Assembly (NCBI RefSeq): GCF_900079115.1
Contig: NZ_LT549890.1
Span: forward strand, 1,500,001 to 1,532,000
From: Saccharolobus solfataricus
Lineage (GTDB): Archaea; Thermoproteota; Thermoprotei_A; Sulfolobales; Sulfolobaceae
Direction: 5' to 3'
DNA: 32,000 nt
Shown: positions 8,936-20,344 of the stretch, in pieces
Layout: each line of letters starts with the position of its first letter
How positions within the stretch are numbered: the first letter of the stretch is position 1
Made by a program: the position numbers and the translations under genes
Notes under the pieces: model-generated
Seen by the model: the letters and a program-made list of their open reading frames with translations, nothing else
Database searches by the model: none
Told to the model about the DNA's origin: nothing

Positions 8936-10890
8936 TAGAGGGTTAATTTGAGTCAAAGTACGTCTTTATCAAGTTTTATCCCTTTTTATTTCTAAAACCT
9001 TTCAATTGGCATAAATTCCTTTACAACGGGCGATTTAGGTCTTCTTTGCAACTTGTAATTTGTAACTAATGTAGTTGTAAAAATGTTAATATTGGGAATC
9101 GTGTTTCTCTACTAATTAGTCGTCTTCATTTAGTTAATTTTATAGCTTCTTTGAAATAAAGTGAATTCGCAATGGATATCTGAATCACCCGATTTAACTT
9201 AACTGGGAATTACCTTACGGAAGGTAATAACTCAAAATATGGATTAAAAGAGTTTAAAAAAGAAGTAATTTATCTTTTATATTTTGATCTTGTAAGATTT
9301 AATTACACCCTTGAGCGTGTAAATTATAATTACAGTAGCAGCGAAACCTGCGACTATATCGCCAACTATTCTAAGCCAAACTATCAAATTTAGAATAGGT
9401 TGTAGATAGAATAGTGTACCTTTAGCCGCCCAATAACCTACCCTTAAAACTGTAGCTAATTGAACCGCGCCCAAGGCCCATAAGTCTATTCCTTGAAGTA
9501 TGAAACCGATAGCGTAAATTAATATCATAATTCTTAACGTCTTTAGCTCGTTTTCTTTAATCCCATTGGAGAGATATAATGCTGCAATCCACATTAGAAT
9601 AGCAGTTAAACCCCACACTAATGGGAACGCAAGATGCGCATGGGCCATGGTAAATTGTAACCCATGGACATAATAGTTTATTATTGGAGCGTTCAATATT
9701 GAAGCTCCGCCGATAATCGCACCTACAAATCCCCCTCCAATGGCTGAAATTAAAGTTGTAGCTACTAACGTCTTTTGAAATTCGGTCTTAGCTTCACCTC
9801 TTCTCCACAGCAAAAATGCGTAATAAGTTAAGAAAAGAATAGGGACAACCTCTAATATGGCTGCTGATGCTCCCAAATACATCCAGAATACTGGTTCACC
9901 TCCAAAATAATAGTGATGCGCAGTACCTATCATACCTGAAAGTATTTCGCTAGCGGAATCTATACTCGCTGCCATCGTAGCTAGACTTGGTGGTACTAAA
10001 TTGTTGACAACTAAAAGTATTAATACTACTGGTATTACTATAGAGGGCCAGAATCCCTCAACGAACGAGTGTATCATAATCCATAAGAAGAACTGGTCTT
10101 CGGTGAAGTTAGGCCATGGAGCAATTATTGGTAATGATCCGAAGATTGCACCTATTCCAGATCCCAAGAGACCTATTGCAGTAATTCTCGTTAATGGTCT
10201 TAAAGGTTCCGCGGTTGACTTTGAAGCTTTGAAGAATAATGAAGAGGCTAGAAGGAGTATTAGCGCAACTAGGAGCAACCAGAAGGTACCTTGATCAGCG
10301 TCATTTGGCCTTCCTTGAGCACCGAAAATGAACCAATAGGGTGATGGGATCAATTCATTATAGGAGAGCAATATTCCTAGAAGCAGACCTACTCCGGCAA
10401 ATAGCGTTAAGCCTAAAATTGCAAATGAGAGCTTTCTGGATAAGGGAACACCCAGATATGGTAACGCAAAGATTGAAAAGGCAATCCATGTAAGTGCTAT
10501 CCACACCACTGCCATGTTTAAGTGTAAGGCCCTAGTAATGTTAAAAGGTAGGAAGTTTATTAAACCTAATATTCCCTCTGGGTCTACGTAATAATGCATA
10601 GCCAAATATCCTAACAAACCTTGTATACCCGCGAGGACTGAGGCGAAGAATACTCCTATTAAACCTATCCTTTGTGATGCAGATGGTGGAGGAAGGGGGA
10701 CAGATATTCTAGGATCTCTCCAATGGTCAAGTATTTTTAGACTAACGTAGCTCACCATTGAAACTAAGACCGCTAAAAGGACGATTACCATTATCCACGT
10801 TGATAGACTAACGTTTACGGATGGTTGAGTTTGTTGAGGTATGTAGGGAAAACCATTAGTATAGCCTAGGAGAGAAATCATAGCACCCCA

Positions 10891-10909
10891 TGCAGTGGTG
10901 TTTCACCAA
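10891..10909. repeat. Left terminal inverted repeat of the IS
   Basis: TGCAGTGGTGTTTCACCAA is the exact reverse complement of 12315-12333. Confidence 0.85.
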
Positions 10910-11146
10910 TTTTACTCAAAATGATACAATTTCTATGGAAGAGAAAAATATCAGAGCGGAGTTAGAAAAATCGGCTTATTTCAACACAAGAAGCAAAAAA
11001 TTTTCATATTTGTTGAAGAAACTAACAGAAAACGAGTTTATATATAAAGAGTAATACCATTTGTCTAGTATTATCAATAGAGGAAAGTAGGTGGAAGGAC
11101 GAGATGAACAAGAAAAGGTTAAAGCGAGGGACTCCATAACTCCGTT

Positions 11147-12112
11147 ATGCAAACCATACAAGTATCCAAAACGGAGCTGAAGTCCCTCGCTATAAATTTA
11201 GCAACAATCAATATTAACGTTATCTCTCAAGATCTAGACCCGGAAATAGTGAAAGCAGCGCCATCCTTGCTAACCGGAAACAGAGGAAAATACTACTTGA
11301 AGGTAGTAAGACAAGGCGAGAAAGTAATTAGTAAAGGTCAGAGAACCTTCAAGTTCTACCCAATCTACAGAGAAGTAAAGGGAGAGACCAACGTAGTCGC
11401 TGTAGATGAGACCGGATTAACCGTGGGAGAAAAGGAACAAGAAAAAGCAGAGGGCTTTCTACTCTACAACTGGAAGAGAAAAGGAATAAAGATGAGATCC
11501 TTGGACCTCGTATATCCCTTAAGGTTACCCCTCCTAGTGGAGGTAGCAGATTTGAGAAGCGACAGTCCATCACAGTTCCTACTCAGGAGCGTGAGGGAAG
11601 TAAGCCAATACATGGAAATAGATTACGTTGTAGCTGACGCCGGATTCTTGAACCTAGGGGTCATCAAGGAAATGCCCGTGAAGACCATTGTGAGAGGAAA
11701 GTCGAACTTGAAGGGATTCAAGGAACTATCTAACGTTCCATTAGTTGAGAAGAGATACGAGGTTAAGGACAAGGTTTACGTTGCGTATAGGGTCTTGGAA
11801 TTTGAAGGGCTTTATTATTACGATGTGGTTTACGTTAAGGGAAAGCCGAGGCACTTCATGTTCGTAACGAACTTCGAGGGAGATCCCTATGAACTGGCTG
11901 AACTCTATAGGTTGAGGTGGCAGGTTGAGGAGGGTTTCAAGGTTAGGAAGGCAAGGATAAGGTATGTTAGGAAGTTGAGTAATAAGATCTTCTTGTTCCT
12001 CTATTACACGGTTCTGGATTCTGCGTGGAATCTAGTGAATCATCTTCTCTTTAACTTCAAGTCCACGTGTAAGAAGGTTTTGTCCTTCGATTCATTCGTC
12101 AAGCTTCTCTAA
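11147..12112 (+). CDS. DDE transposase of the IS (IS4/ISH3-like)
   Basis: VVADAGF (Asp context) and YRLRWQVEEGFKVRK (the Y-R-E-K block typical of IS4-type transposases). It occupies most of the IS between the inverted repeats. Confidence 0.8.
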   Translation: MQTIQVSKTELKSLAINLATININVISQDLDPEIVKAAPSLLTGNRGKYYLKVVRQGEKVISKGQRTFKFYPIYREVKGETNVVAVDETGLTVGEKEQEKAEGFLLYNWKRKGIKMRSLDLVYPLRLPLLVEVADLRSDSPSQFLLRSVREVSQYMEIDYVVADAGFLNLGVIKEMPVKTIVRGKSNLKGFKELSNVPLVEKRYEVKDKVYVAYRVLEFEGLYYYDVVYVKGKPRHFMFVTNFEGDPYELAELYRLRWQVEEGFKVRKARIRYVRKLSNKIFLFLYYTVLDSAWNLVNHLLFNFKSTCKKVLSFDSFVKLL

Positions 12113-12314
12113 CTTTCTCGGTGTTCAGAGGAGACTATGCACGTCGTTTTCACCACGTGAGAAAAATTCAGAATTCTCCTCTTATTATTAGAATTGTACG
12201 CTATATTTTTTGCAAATTATTTTAACATGTTATGTTTCATAATAATTTTATTGTTTTTCTCTATATCAATCTCTTTTTGAAAGTGCTAATATTATATCTT
12301 TCAAATGAAATAAT

Positions 12315-12333
12315 TTGGTGAAACACCACTGCA
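12315..12333. repeat. Right terminal inverted repeat of the IS
   Basis: TTGGTGAAACACCACTGCA is the exact reverse complement of 10891-10909. Confidence 0.85.
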
Positions 12334-13018
12334 CCCCATAAAATAAATGCCGTTATATTTCTCAAATCATTGGGACTAACCAAGTTAGGCTTAAGTCCAT
12401 AGTTGGAGGAATTGTTGTACAAAATATTGCAAAGCTCATTGTAAAGCGTGTTGTAAGCTTTTACGTAATTGTTGGACACTACCCATCTACTTGTCTCTGA
12501 ATCAGTTATGGAGGAGTAAGCTGGACCGTCTACCTTTATCGTAGGTGGATCTGTAGTTTGATTTATAACTTTTAAGGCTAGAGCAGTAAAATCGGTTCCA
12601 TAATAACCTCCGAATCCCCAAAAGCTACCGTAATCGAATAGTCCATATTTCTGCATTAGTACCTTTCCGCTTATGACTTCACCTCCCGTAAATAATACAG
12701 TACCGTTTTCGGTTTCAACTACTGATGGAATTGGAGGTAAATGCGTTAACGTATAACCAGCTAACGCAATGTAAACTACGTATACAAGGACTGTCGCGAC
12801 CAACACTAAGTTTGACCATACGTCACCCTTAATTCTTTTAGCCATATTTTCCTCCTCAAAGATAATAAAAGGAAATTTGTTGATATATCCTGAACCCCTA
12901 ATAACTTAGGCACATCAAGAAATAAAGTGTAATATCGTTTAAATAGGATTTTTTAAATCTTGTAAAAAGGTAAATAATCAAAGATAAAAATTTATTATAC
13001 ATTTAAAAGAAAATAGAA

Positions 13019-13426
13019 CTATCTATTGACTACAAAGATAGTTTGTATTGTGTAATCTAAGAATTGCTTAAGCGCTATACCTAACAGTTTTGTATACTCC
13101 CCTTTACTGTTTGCTAGAATATCCTCAATTAATTTGGGAACCCAGCTTACTATATGCTCTTTTATAAACTTTCTAGCTTCGTCTTCTTGTTCTACGAACA
13201 AGAGGAATGATGTGAATTCCAATTCTGTAGATATGTGATCAGCTAGTTGTTTCTTTGGATAAATACCATATTTGATGTACTCTTCTAATACTCTTTGTAC
13301 TGAAATGCCATACACAGTTCTCTCCCTATACCACGATTCGTAAGGTGGGCATTTAACGTGTTTGTAATCATTTATAAAACATGAAGTGAATTCTGTAGCT
13401 ACCTTATCATAGTTACTTTCTGCCAA
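13019..13426 (-). CDS. TorD/DmsD-like redox-enzyme maturation chaperone (SreE-like)
   Basis: Small acidic helical protein at the 3' end of the molybdoenzyme operon, in the same position as Acidianus sreE. The frame stays open 141 nt upstream of the TTG start with chaperone-like sequence but no canonical start (see findings). Confidence 0.55.
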   Translation of the reverse strand: MAESNYDKVATEFTSCFINDYKHVKCPPYESWYRERTVYGISVQRVLEEYIKYGIYPKKQLADHISTELEFTSFLLFVEQEDEARKFIKEHIVSWVPKLIEDILANSKGEYTKLLGIALKQFLDYTIQTIFVVNR

Positions 13427-13557
13427 TTGAATTATTTGTTTTAATGTATTATAATATGGCTTATCCTTTATCTCCTCTACAAGCCCTTTAACCTCTTTAA
13501 TATATCTAGGACTTAGAAATAAAAAGGAAAAGATCTTGAAATCCGTAGAGAGAGACT

Positions 13558-14925
13558 TTATCGTAGATCACCTCTAGGTTTAAATCTTGCATTAAATGAA
13601 AATTGTTTCTGAAACGCGTACTCTGCCCTATGCTTAGGGCATCTCTCCAACCATTCATCTTCACAAGAAGCCCCCTTTTCAATCATTATTTTCTTAACAT
13701 GATTAAGACTTTTCCTCGAACCTATTGGTGCTCCACAAACCCTACATCTAACTAATTCATCGCCCACTAATTTCCTTACCTCTTTGTTAACGCTTTTACT
13801 CTTTTCCACCTTAATAACCTTAGTAAGAGATGCTATATTTGGAGGAATCTCACTTGTTTTACCTTCTTCTAATTTGCACGATTCTGGGCAAACATTGACG
13901 CATATATTACAGCCTATGCATTTCATGGGATCAAAGTCTATTTCTTCCACTCCACTACTCCTTCTGAGCATTATTGCTGATGTGGGACACCAATTAACGC
14001 AGCTTTCACATAAAGTACATCTGTTATTATCAATACTCACATCAAATAATATGTATGGCAATTCATCACTTATGTTCCTTCTAGCCTCAGCCCTATTGTA
14101 AAATGATTGTGGAGTAGTATTTAGTTCCTTTGTCTCTTTTGCCTCAATTTTTTCAGATGGGGAATAAAAGCTGATTCCTCCTATTCTCTCATTATATTCC
14201 TTGATCACTTCAATGAAATCTTTTAGATTATCTTGTAATTCACACCCTACGCATTCAAAGGTTAAATTCCCACTGCCTCTCAATAATACTATGTCTACCT
14301 CCGATAGCATTGCTAGACAAGGTATCTTGACTCCTCTATTTTTAGTATTTCTATAGCATGTAATCCTCTTTTCCCCTTTTACCTTTGCTAACTCAAAAAT
14401 CGAATTTTGAGAAAGTGATGGAAATTGTATAGCACTAACTGGGCATGAAGCAACACATAGACCACAAGACGTACATTTTGTGTAATCAATATTTACTCCA
14501 GTTTTCTTATCAACTTTAATAGCGTTGTAAGGACATGAAAACTCACATACATTACATGCCTTATATAAGCCATTACAATATTCGCTAAGGTAAATTGGCT
14601 TGTCAACCTTTTTAGCCTTTTTTACTTCTCCGCGTAAAAGACTTCGTCTATCAATGGATTTTATCTCTTCAACTGGAGCTAAATCTGCTAGCCAAGCGTT
14701 TTCTAGAACTACTTTGTTGTATTCTACCTCTTCCTTACTACTATCCTTGCCAACTATTCTTACCAGCAAGGGGTTTAGCTCTAGATCTTCTGAAATTTTT
14801 TCCCTATTAATTCCATCTCCTATAACGACTAAGGCTTTGGTATTAATGTTTTCCTTTTTCAACTCAGATGAGGGCAAAACATCTACTCGGTATTTAATAA
14901 GGGGTGAATAAAAAAGGGATGTCAT
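13558..14925 (-). CDS. Polyferredoxin, at least four 4Fe-4S motifs (SreD-like)
   Basis: Cys motifs [33 protein letters not shown] and [12 protein letters not shown], plus extra Cys pairs. It starts 6 nt after the stop of the membrane-anchor gene. Confidence 0.75.
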   Translation of the reverse strand: MTSLFYSPLIKYRVDVLPSSELKKENINTKALVVIGDGINREKISEDLELNPLLVRIVGKDSSKEEVEYNKVVLENAWLADLAPVEEIKSIDRRSLLRGEVKKAKKVDKPIYLSEYCNGLYKACNVCEFSCPYNAIKVDKKTGVNIDYTKCTSCGLCVASCPVSAIQFPSLSQNSIFELAKVKGEKRITCYRNTKNRGVKIPCLAMLSEVDIVLLRGSGNLTFECVGCELQDNLKDFIEVIKEYNERIGGISFYSPSEKIEAKETKELNTTPQSFYNRAEARRNISDELPYILFDVSIDNNRCTLCESCVNWCPTSAIMLRRSSGVEEIDFDPMKCIGCNICVNVCPESCKLEEGKTSEIPPNIASLTKVIKVEKSKSVNKEVRKLVGDELVRCRVCGAPIGSRKSLNHVKKIMIEKGASCEDEWLERCPKHRAEYAFQKQFSFNARFKPRGDLR

Positions 14926-14931
14926 ATGACT

Positions 14932-16227
14932 TCACTTGAATATAAGGTGTCTTGGCTTTTCATCTTCTTCTAATGGTAATAGTATTACGCCCAATGTGTA
15001 AATCCCAAGTAATAGTAGTACTGAGCCAATGAAGAACACTATATCGTAGAACGATATATTAAATGGCAGGTGCGTCCACGATGGACCGTTATTGAAAATG
15101 CTGCGCAATTCGTAAACCCAGTTGGAATTTGATGGAGATATTGGTGAGACTGAATAATACCACGTTATTGATTGAGGTATAATATCAGCAATCGTAATTA
15201 TCGAGAACATTCCAAGTAATGTGAATATCGAAGATGTTACTAACATATGGCTACTTCCCCTCTTATATACAAGCCCGTAAAGGATTATTGGAATTATCAC
15301 ACCAACTAGTACTCCACCTATTAGAAAGACTACACTATATGGCCCAGAAATCATAAGCTCTGCCCAAGCTGAAGTTTGCTGATTCGTTGCTGTTAACCAT
15401 AACCACCACAGTAGTGAAAAACCTACTGCTATCGTAGCTAATACACCGTCTCTTCCTAGTATTTTATACATTTCATGTATACTCAAACTATTCGGATCTT
15501 CTTTAACTTTTCTAAATCTATTATATAACGGAGTCATAAATGATAACATCGCAATACCGGAATAGAATGATAATATGACGAATAACATTGACATGAATGG
15601 ACCGAACTCGTAGACCCATGTTGATAAGTAGCCGAATACTGAGCCTAAGTTCGCATCCAGTATTAACTCCATTAGTATTGCATAGCCAACTATTAATATC
15701 AATACTGATTTAGATGATAGCCAAGCCAAGAGTCTACTAATAGGGTCCTTATATTCCCTTCTCTTCTCCCCTATTAATGCTAGTATTTCTAGAATTATAC
15801 CAATACCCACAAGTGCGTACAATAAACCGTTCCAAGCTATTCTTGAGGTATCTCTAAAGCTCGTGTAAATATAGACAGCTTCTCCAGGCTTATAAGTTGA
15901 TGCAAAGACCATAATCCAGCCCGGTATTAGTACAGTTAGTGCTATCCACTCGTTTCTTAATGAGATATTCTTAAACGGATTCTTTTCTGGATGATTCTTA
16001 TTAAACAGTTCATATAGTGAATTGTAAGTGCTAACGCCAGTACCTATAACTCCGAAAAACATATAGCCAATTACTAAAAGTCCCCAAGGTATTGGCTCGT
16101 CATTAGGCTCAGTAAATGTCACTAGGCCATTAGCCCATGACATGGGATTAAAGCTCATACCGTAAAGTAATATCCCTCCTCCAATTATTATGAATATTAT
16201 AGTCCAAGCTAATAGGAATTTATTCAT
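14932..16227 (-). CDS. NrfD/PsrC-type polytopic membrane anchor subunit (SreC-like)
   Basis: 431 aa and hydrophobic throughout. Its start overlaps the FeS subunit stop (ATGA, 16224-16227), the usual position in complex iron-sulfur molybdoenzyme operons. Confidence 0.7.
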   Translation of the reverse strand: MNKFLLAWTIIFIIIGGGILLYGMSFNPMSWANGLVTFTEPNDEPIPWGLLVIGYMFFGVIGTGVSTYNSLYELFNKNHPEKNPFKNISLRNEWIALTVLIPGWIMVFASTYKPGEAVYIYTSFRDTSRIAWNGLLYALVGIGIILEILALIGEKRREYKDPISRLLAWLSSKSVLILIVGYAILMELILDANLGSVFGYLSTWVYEFGPFMSMLFVILSFYSGIAMLSFMTPLYNRFRKVKEDPNSLSIHEMYKILGRDGVLATIAVGFSLLWWLWLTATNQQTSAWAELMISGPYSVVFLIGGVLVGVIIPIILYGLVYKRGSSHMLVTSSIFTLLGMFSIITIADIIPQSITWYYSVSPISPSNSNWVYELRSIFNNGPSWTHLPFNISFYDIVFFIGSVLLLLGIYTLGVILLPLEEDEKPRHLIFK

Positions 16228-16910
16228 GAGTTACCACCTCCTCCCCTACCCAACTGCCTATTAAACACGTAAAAAACTTTAGGTTGAACGTTTAATTCCG
16301 GATTCAACACTACTGCTTGCCCAGTATTAACTAATATACTAACCTCACTATTAGGATCATCAAGACACCCAAATACTCTGGCATGACCCGGACAAGTTCT
16401 TACACATGCAGGAGTATAAGTGCCTTCTGGGGCTGTACCGTAGCAGAAAGTACATTTATCTACGTGAGGAACCACGTGAATTGAATTCAATCCAAAATAC
16501 TCCTTGGACTTCTCAATATCCTCGTAAGTGTAGAAGTATCTAGCACCATATGGACATGCCTCAACACAGTAAAGACATCCCATACATTTATACTCGTCAA
16601 CCACTACAATACCTCCAGCAACAATTTGGGTAGCGCCAGTTGGACATACATAATAACATGGCGGGTTTTCACATTGCATACACAATCTAGGTACGAAGAC
16701 TCTCTGAGTGTTGGGATATTCTCCTAATTCTAGATCTTCAACATGAGTTCTAAATAGACCTCGCCAGAATGGCGTTTGATTCTCTATTGTACACGCAGCA
16801 ACACAAGCATCACAGCCTAGACATTGGTCTACCTTAACCACGAATCCCCAGTGTTTACAAGGTTGAGTATTCCCAAATTGTATATATGGGTTTGAAACTT
16901 GTGTGGACAT
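16224..16910 (-). CDS. Four-cluster 4Fe-4S electron-transfer subunit (DmsB/PsrB/SreB family)
   Basis: Four ferredoxin-type groups: [37 protein letters not shown] and CTFC…CVRTCP. A GGTGATC Shine-Dalgarno motif lies between the catalytic subunit stop and its ATG. Confidence 0.85.
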   Translation of the reverse strand: MSTQVSNPYIQFGNTQPCKHWGFVVKVDQCLGCDACVAACTIENQTPFWRGLFRTHVEDLELGEYPNTQRVFVPRLCMQCENPPCYYVCPTGATQIVAGGIVVVDEYKCMGCLYCVEACPYGARYFYTYEDIEKSKEYFGLNSIHVVPHVDKCTFCYGTAPEGTYTPACVRTCPGHARVFGCLDDPNSEVSILVNTGQAVVLNPELNVQPKVFYVFNRQLGRGGGGNS

Positions 16911-16916
16911 GAGGGA

Positions 16917-19900
16917 TCACCCTAATGTGGAAACATTACCGTATGAGACGTATTGTTGCCAATCATTTTGAGAAGCGGAATTGTTAGGAGTGGTAACTTT
17001 AGCCTGCTGTGAAGGTAATGTGTCTGGAGTTTGCACACTTGCCAATTGTGTTGCAGCTTGAATCTCATCAGACGTCGCTTTTCTAACCCTAACAGTGAAT
17101 TGCTCATTCATGTGATAACCACCTAAAGGATTTCTACCTGGTGCCCACATTACTGATACTGGCTGATTGCCAAACTCGTTTACAGCTTTGGTTGCAGTAG
17201 TTAATGCTGGGTTCCTTTGACCAAAAGGCTCTGGTACTCCTATTGTATCTGGTCTTATCCACTGAGTCAAATGGGCCCTAACAATTAGTTTAGGTATGCT
17301 ACCATCTGGGTTTGGTAATTTCCATCTTTCGATAGCGATCCAATCTCCTTCGTTAATTCCTAATTGTGCTGCAGTAGTTGGATTTATCCAAGCCCTCATT
17401 AAGATATCTTTATGATAACTATTAGAAGTAATAGCCATCAACAGCGGATTGTCAGCGCTAGACGTGTAAGCGAATTGTGGGATCTTATACTCTATGAAGA
17501 AGAGTTCTGGTGGTGTTGGTTTAAACGTTGGATAGTTATATGGTGTTGGTGGTGAGAGATAAACGCCATCTTCAACTGCATAACCTCCATTCCAATTTGG
17601 TGGTATTTCAGCTATTATTGGATCCCATACTGGGTCATATCCATAATTCTGTATAACGTAATAGTATAATATAGTTGAATATATCTCAATTCTACCAGTT
17701 GGAGTTGCAGCTGGTAAGTCCCATGGTATTCTTTCATGGTTTGCAAAATAATCATCAACAGTCTTAATTACAATCACACCATTATTTCTTAAGGTTTGCA
17801 ATATTTGCTCTTTAGGCATGTTTAGTTCCTCTGACAATACGCTAAGTTGAGCCTCTCTCCACGCTTTAGCTGTGAAACTACCCCATTGTGGATAACCGTT
17901 ATTCTTCATTAAATATTGTTGATAATTGGGCATCTCTTGTTGTATAACTGACTTTAATATATCTAAAGGTACCCCAGCGAACCTAGCCATCCATTGTATA
18001 TAGGCGTCTCCAGCTTGTGGATTTAACATGTACGCAAACATTATGAATAAATCCAAACCATTTGCGGTATTAGGCCATAACACTGGTATTGTTTGCCATC
18101 TGCCCCTAATTGCCCTATCCATGGCTGGGCCATCATCCCAGAAGAATTCATCTCTTTCTAGATAAGTTACATCCGGTAAAATCACATCTGCATATAAACT
18201 AGCCTCTGTCGGTAGTATATCTATCATAATGTAGAATGTGGTCTCCAACACTTGTTTATACTCATCCCATTTGAAGTTAAATGGTGAACCTCCATAGGAC
18301 ATTGCAACTTTAGGTTTATAGGGTTGGCCATTCCAAGTAACTTGTCCCTTAATTGCGGCATATGATCCCGATTCTTCAAATAACGTATAAGCTCCAGCTG
18401 GTTTCTTCCCTTGTTGCTTTAGAACTTGATTATAGGCATAGCTAAGTGCTGGAACACCAGTTATCCAGAATGAAGGGTTGTTATAAACATATATGATAGG
18501 AAACATGGCGAAGAAAGCTCCTGGTAATTCATTGACTGGTAGTTGTTCCAATACCTCAGGCCTTTGTAATAATATACCAGGCTTCGTCTTCCCACTACTG
18601 ACCATGTTATTATAAGCATTTACCACTTTCTTAATACCTTCTCTATAAACTGCAGAGTACACCCAACCTCCTCTAATGTCTATGTTACCAGTTAACGCCA
18701 TTATAGTTGCGTAAGCTTTTCTAAATTGTACAGCTTGATCGTTGAAGAAACCTTTTAACCCGGTAATTATCGTCATTGGTTTCATTGTTGCAATTCTAAA
18801 TGCTAACTCTTGAAGTTGTGATAGGGGAACGTCTGCAACTTGAGCCGCGTATTCGAGCGTATAATTACTAACTTTTTGTGCTAGGAATTGGAATACTGTT
18901 TGTACTTGTTTACCATTATAAGTTAAACCTTGAGGAGCGTTTAATGCTGGCTTGATAAAATTACCATTAACGTCGTATTTATTAGTATTTGTAAACGGTG
19001 GTACCTCTATAATTTGCCCACTTATCTCATCGTAAACGTAATATGCCTTTACAGTACCATCATCATAATCTTCCTCTAGTAATTTAACAACATCGTTTTC
19101 TTTATAGGCTAAGAAGGGAGCATTAGTGTAATACCTTACAAACTCGTCATCATAATAGTTATTTTGGATTAAGTAGTTAATAATAGCCATGGCAATATAA
19201 AGATCAGAACCAGGTTTTGCTGGAATCCATAGATTAGCCTTAGATGCGGCTTCAGACATCCTGGGATCGATTGCTATAACATACGCACCGTTTTCTATAC
19301 CTTTTGCATACCTTATTGCCCTATTTACGAATATTCCTGCAGGGATTCCACTGGTACCCCACGCAACTATTAAAGAAGAATACGTCATATCATCCATCAT
19401 ATCAGTGGCATGTAGATCGAATCCACCTATTACGAAACCTATTGGCACTTGATCACTAAATAAGCACGTTTGCATCGGAGTACCATTTATATTAGGTATT
19501 TGTGTACCTAGAGTAAACGGAATGAAATAGGGCTTATAATTTGCACATGGTATTCCACCCCCAATTAAAAGGAATTCGTATGGTTGTGGATTCAATTGTT
19601 TTATGTTCTGCATTATGTAATTAATTGTCTCCTCCCAAGTGGCCTCTCTAAAACTCCAAGTACCTTTTGGACCAGTTCTAATTAGTGGTGTCTTAAGCCT
19701 ATCTACATTGTAAGTTCTGAAAATCCCAGCTCTTCCTCTAGGGCAAACTTTACCCTCATTTAGAGGTGAAAGGGGATTACCATCGATTTCGAGAGCTCTC
19801 ATATAACCATTTATATATTCAGTTTCCACTAAAATGTCACAAGTTGACGAACAAAACGCGCATATACTGGGTACATAGGAATACTGCCAACCCGGTTGTA

Positions 19901-20069
19901 ACTCTTCATCATTTACGGCATCCCGTGTGACGAATATGTTAAAATTATATTTTGATGCAAAATAACCAAGCCCCATTACAAGACCGGCTGCGGCAGAAGC
20001 TTTCAAGAAGTCCCTTCTATTCAGTCTAAGACCTTTATTTTCTACCATTATGTTACTATCGTAGTTCAT
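16917..20069 (-). CDS. Tat-exported molybdopterin (bis-MGD) oxidoreductase catalytic subunit, sulfur/polysulfide/thiosulfate/tetrathionate reductase-like (SreA-like)
   Basis: Twin-arginine signal [17 protein letters not shown]-terminal FeS motif CAFCSSTCD…VCPRG (CX2CX3C…C). 1050 aa with a molybdopterin oxidoreductase-like layout. The C-terminal Ser/Thr/Gln-rich tail is unusual. Confidence 0.8.
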   Translation of the reverse strand: MNYDSNIMVENKGLRLNRRDFLKASAAAGLVMGLGYFASKYNFNIFVTRDAVNDEELQPGWQYSYVPSICAFCSSTCDILVETEYINGYMRALEIDGNPLSPLNEGKVCPRGRAGIFRTYNVDRLKTPLIRTGPKGTWSFREATWEETINYIMQNIKQLNPQPYEFLLIGGGIPCANYKPYFIPFTLGTQIPNINGTPMQTCLFSDQVPIGFVIGGFDLHATDMMDDMTYSSLIVAWGTSGIPAGIFVNRAIRYAKGIENGAYVIAIDPRMSEAASKANLWIPAKPGSDLYIAMAIINYLIQNNYYDDEFVRYYTNAPFLAYKENDVVKLLEEDYDDGTVKAYYVYDEISGQIIEVPPFTNTNKYDVNGNFIKPALNAPQGLTYNGKQVQTVFQFLAQKVSNYTLEYAAQVADVPLSQLQELAFRIATMKPMTIITGLKGFFNDQAVQFRKAYATIMALTGNIDIRGGWVYSAVYREGIKKVVNAYNNMVSSGKTKPGILLQRPEVLEQLPVNELPGAFFAMFPIIYVYNNPSFWITGVPALSYAYNQVLKQQGKKPAGAYTLFEESGSYAAIKGQVTWNGQPYKPKVAMSYGGSPFNFKWDEYKQVLETTFYIMIDILPTEASLYADVILPDVTYLERDEFFWDDGPAMDRAIRGRWQTIPVLWPNTANGLDLFIMFAYMLNPQAGDAYIQWMARFAGVPLDILKSVIQQEMPNYQQYLMKNNGYPQWGSFTAKAWREAQLSVLSEELNMPKEQILQTLRNNGVIVIKTVDDYFANHERIPWDLPAATPTGRIEIYSTILYYYVIQNYGYDPVWDPIIAEIPPNWNGGYAVEDGVYLSPPTPYNYPTFKPTPPELFFIEYKIPQFAYTSSADNPLLMAITSNSYHKDILMRAWINPTTAAQLGINEGDWIAIERWKLPNPDGSIPKLIVRAHLTQWIRPDTIGVPEPFGQRNPALTTATKAVNEFGNQPVSVMWAPGRNPLGGYHMNEQFTVRVRKATSDEIQAATQLASVQTPDTLPSQQAKVTTPNNSASQNDWQQYVSYGNVSTLG

Positions 20070-20344
20070 ACTTAAAAATTTTTAGAAAAAATGAGAAAAA
20101 CGATAATTACAATAATTAAATAAGACCATTAGATCGAAAATTCTTAAAAAATTGAATTATCTATATAAATTAAATTTCATATAAAAGATTAAATTGATCA
20201 GACGTCATTAATGTAGGAAATTTAATTCATACATTAGATTTATTTTGATGCTAAATTGCTTAAAAGTGAAAAATAGTACTATAATATTATTTTTCCAATG
20301 TTATTTCAAGTAAAACTTAAATTTTTGAAACTTGAATAGACCAT

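Larger units (their letters stand above)
10891..12333 (+). mobile_element. Intact insertion sequence, 1443 bp, IS4/ISH3-like DDE transposase
   Basis: Perfect 19-bp terminal inverted repeats TGCAGTGGTGTTTCACCAA (10891-10909, and reverse-complemented at 12315-12333). Flanking direct repeat CCCCA (10886-10890 and 12334-12338). Because GCA also repeats, an 8-bp duplication GCACCCCA with shorter ends is an alternative reading. Confidence 0.85.
9277..12845 (-). pseudogene. Quinol-dependent nitric oxide reductase (qNOR, heme-copper oxidase superfamily) interrupted by an IS
   Basis: The N-terminal fragment (12845-12334) has one TM plus VLMQKYGLFDYGSFWGFGGYYGTDF, which is like the qNOR N-terminal extension. 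The C-terminal fragment (10885-9277) is a polytopic protein with GTAHHYYFGG and TMAHAHLAF histidine motifs. Removing the IS and one duplication copy joins the two in frame (…NITAFILWGAMISLLGYTNG…) to give a 706-aa protein. Confidence 0.75.

Noticed and set aside
9209-9228. Hairpin ATTACCTT-ACGG-AAGGTAAT about 50 nt downstream of the qNOR stop
   Set aside because: It could be a terminator-like structure, but archaeal termination relies mainly on T-tracts, and an 8-bp AT-rich stem is expected by chance in a 32-kb AT-rich window.
10001-10294. 97-aa plus-strand ORF inside the qNOR C-terminal fragment
   Set aside because: It is antisense to a gene with clear heme-copper oxidase histidine motifs and has no features of its own.
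10976-11573. Minus-strand ORFs 10976-11161 and 11349-11573
   Set aside because: Both lie inside the IS. One is in the left subterminal region and one is antisense to the transposase. Neither has support.
13784-14911. Two plus-strand ORFs (13784-14101 and 14600-14911) inside the polyferredoxin gene
   Set aside because: They are antisense to an ORF with four canonical CxxCxxCxxxCP motifs. Their translations are Ser/Leu-rich with no motifs.
16922-17107. 61-aa minus-strand ORF in an alternative frame of the molybdoenzyme C-terminus
   Set aside because: It is nested on the same strand inside a 1050-aa ORF, with no ribosome-binding motif. The overlapped region is the low-complexity tail, where alternative frames stay open by chance.
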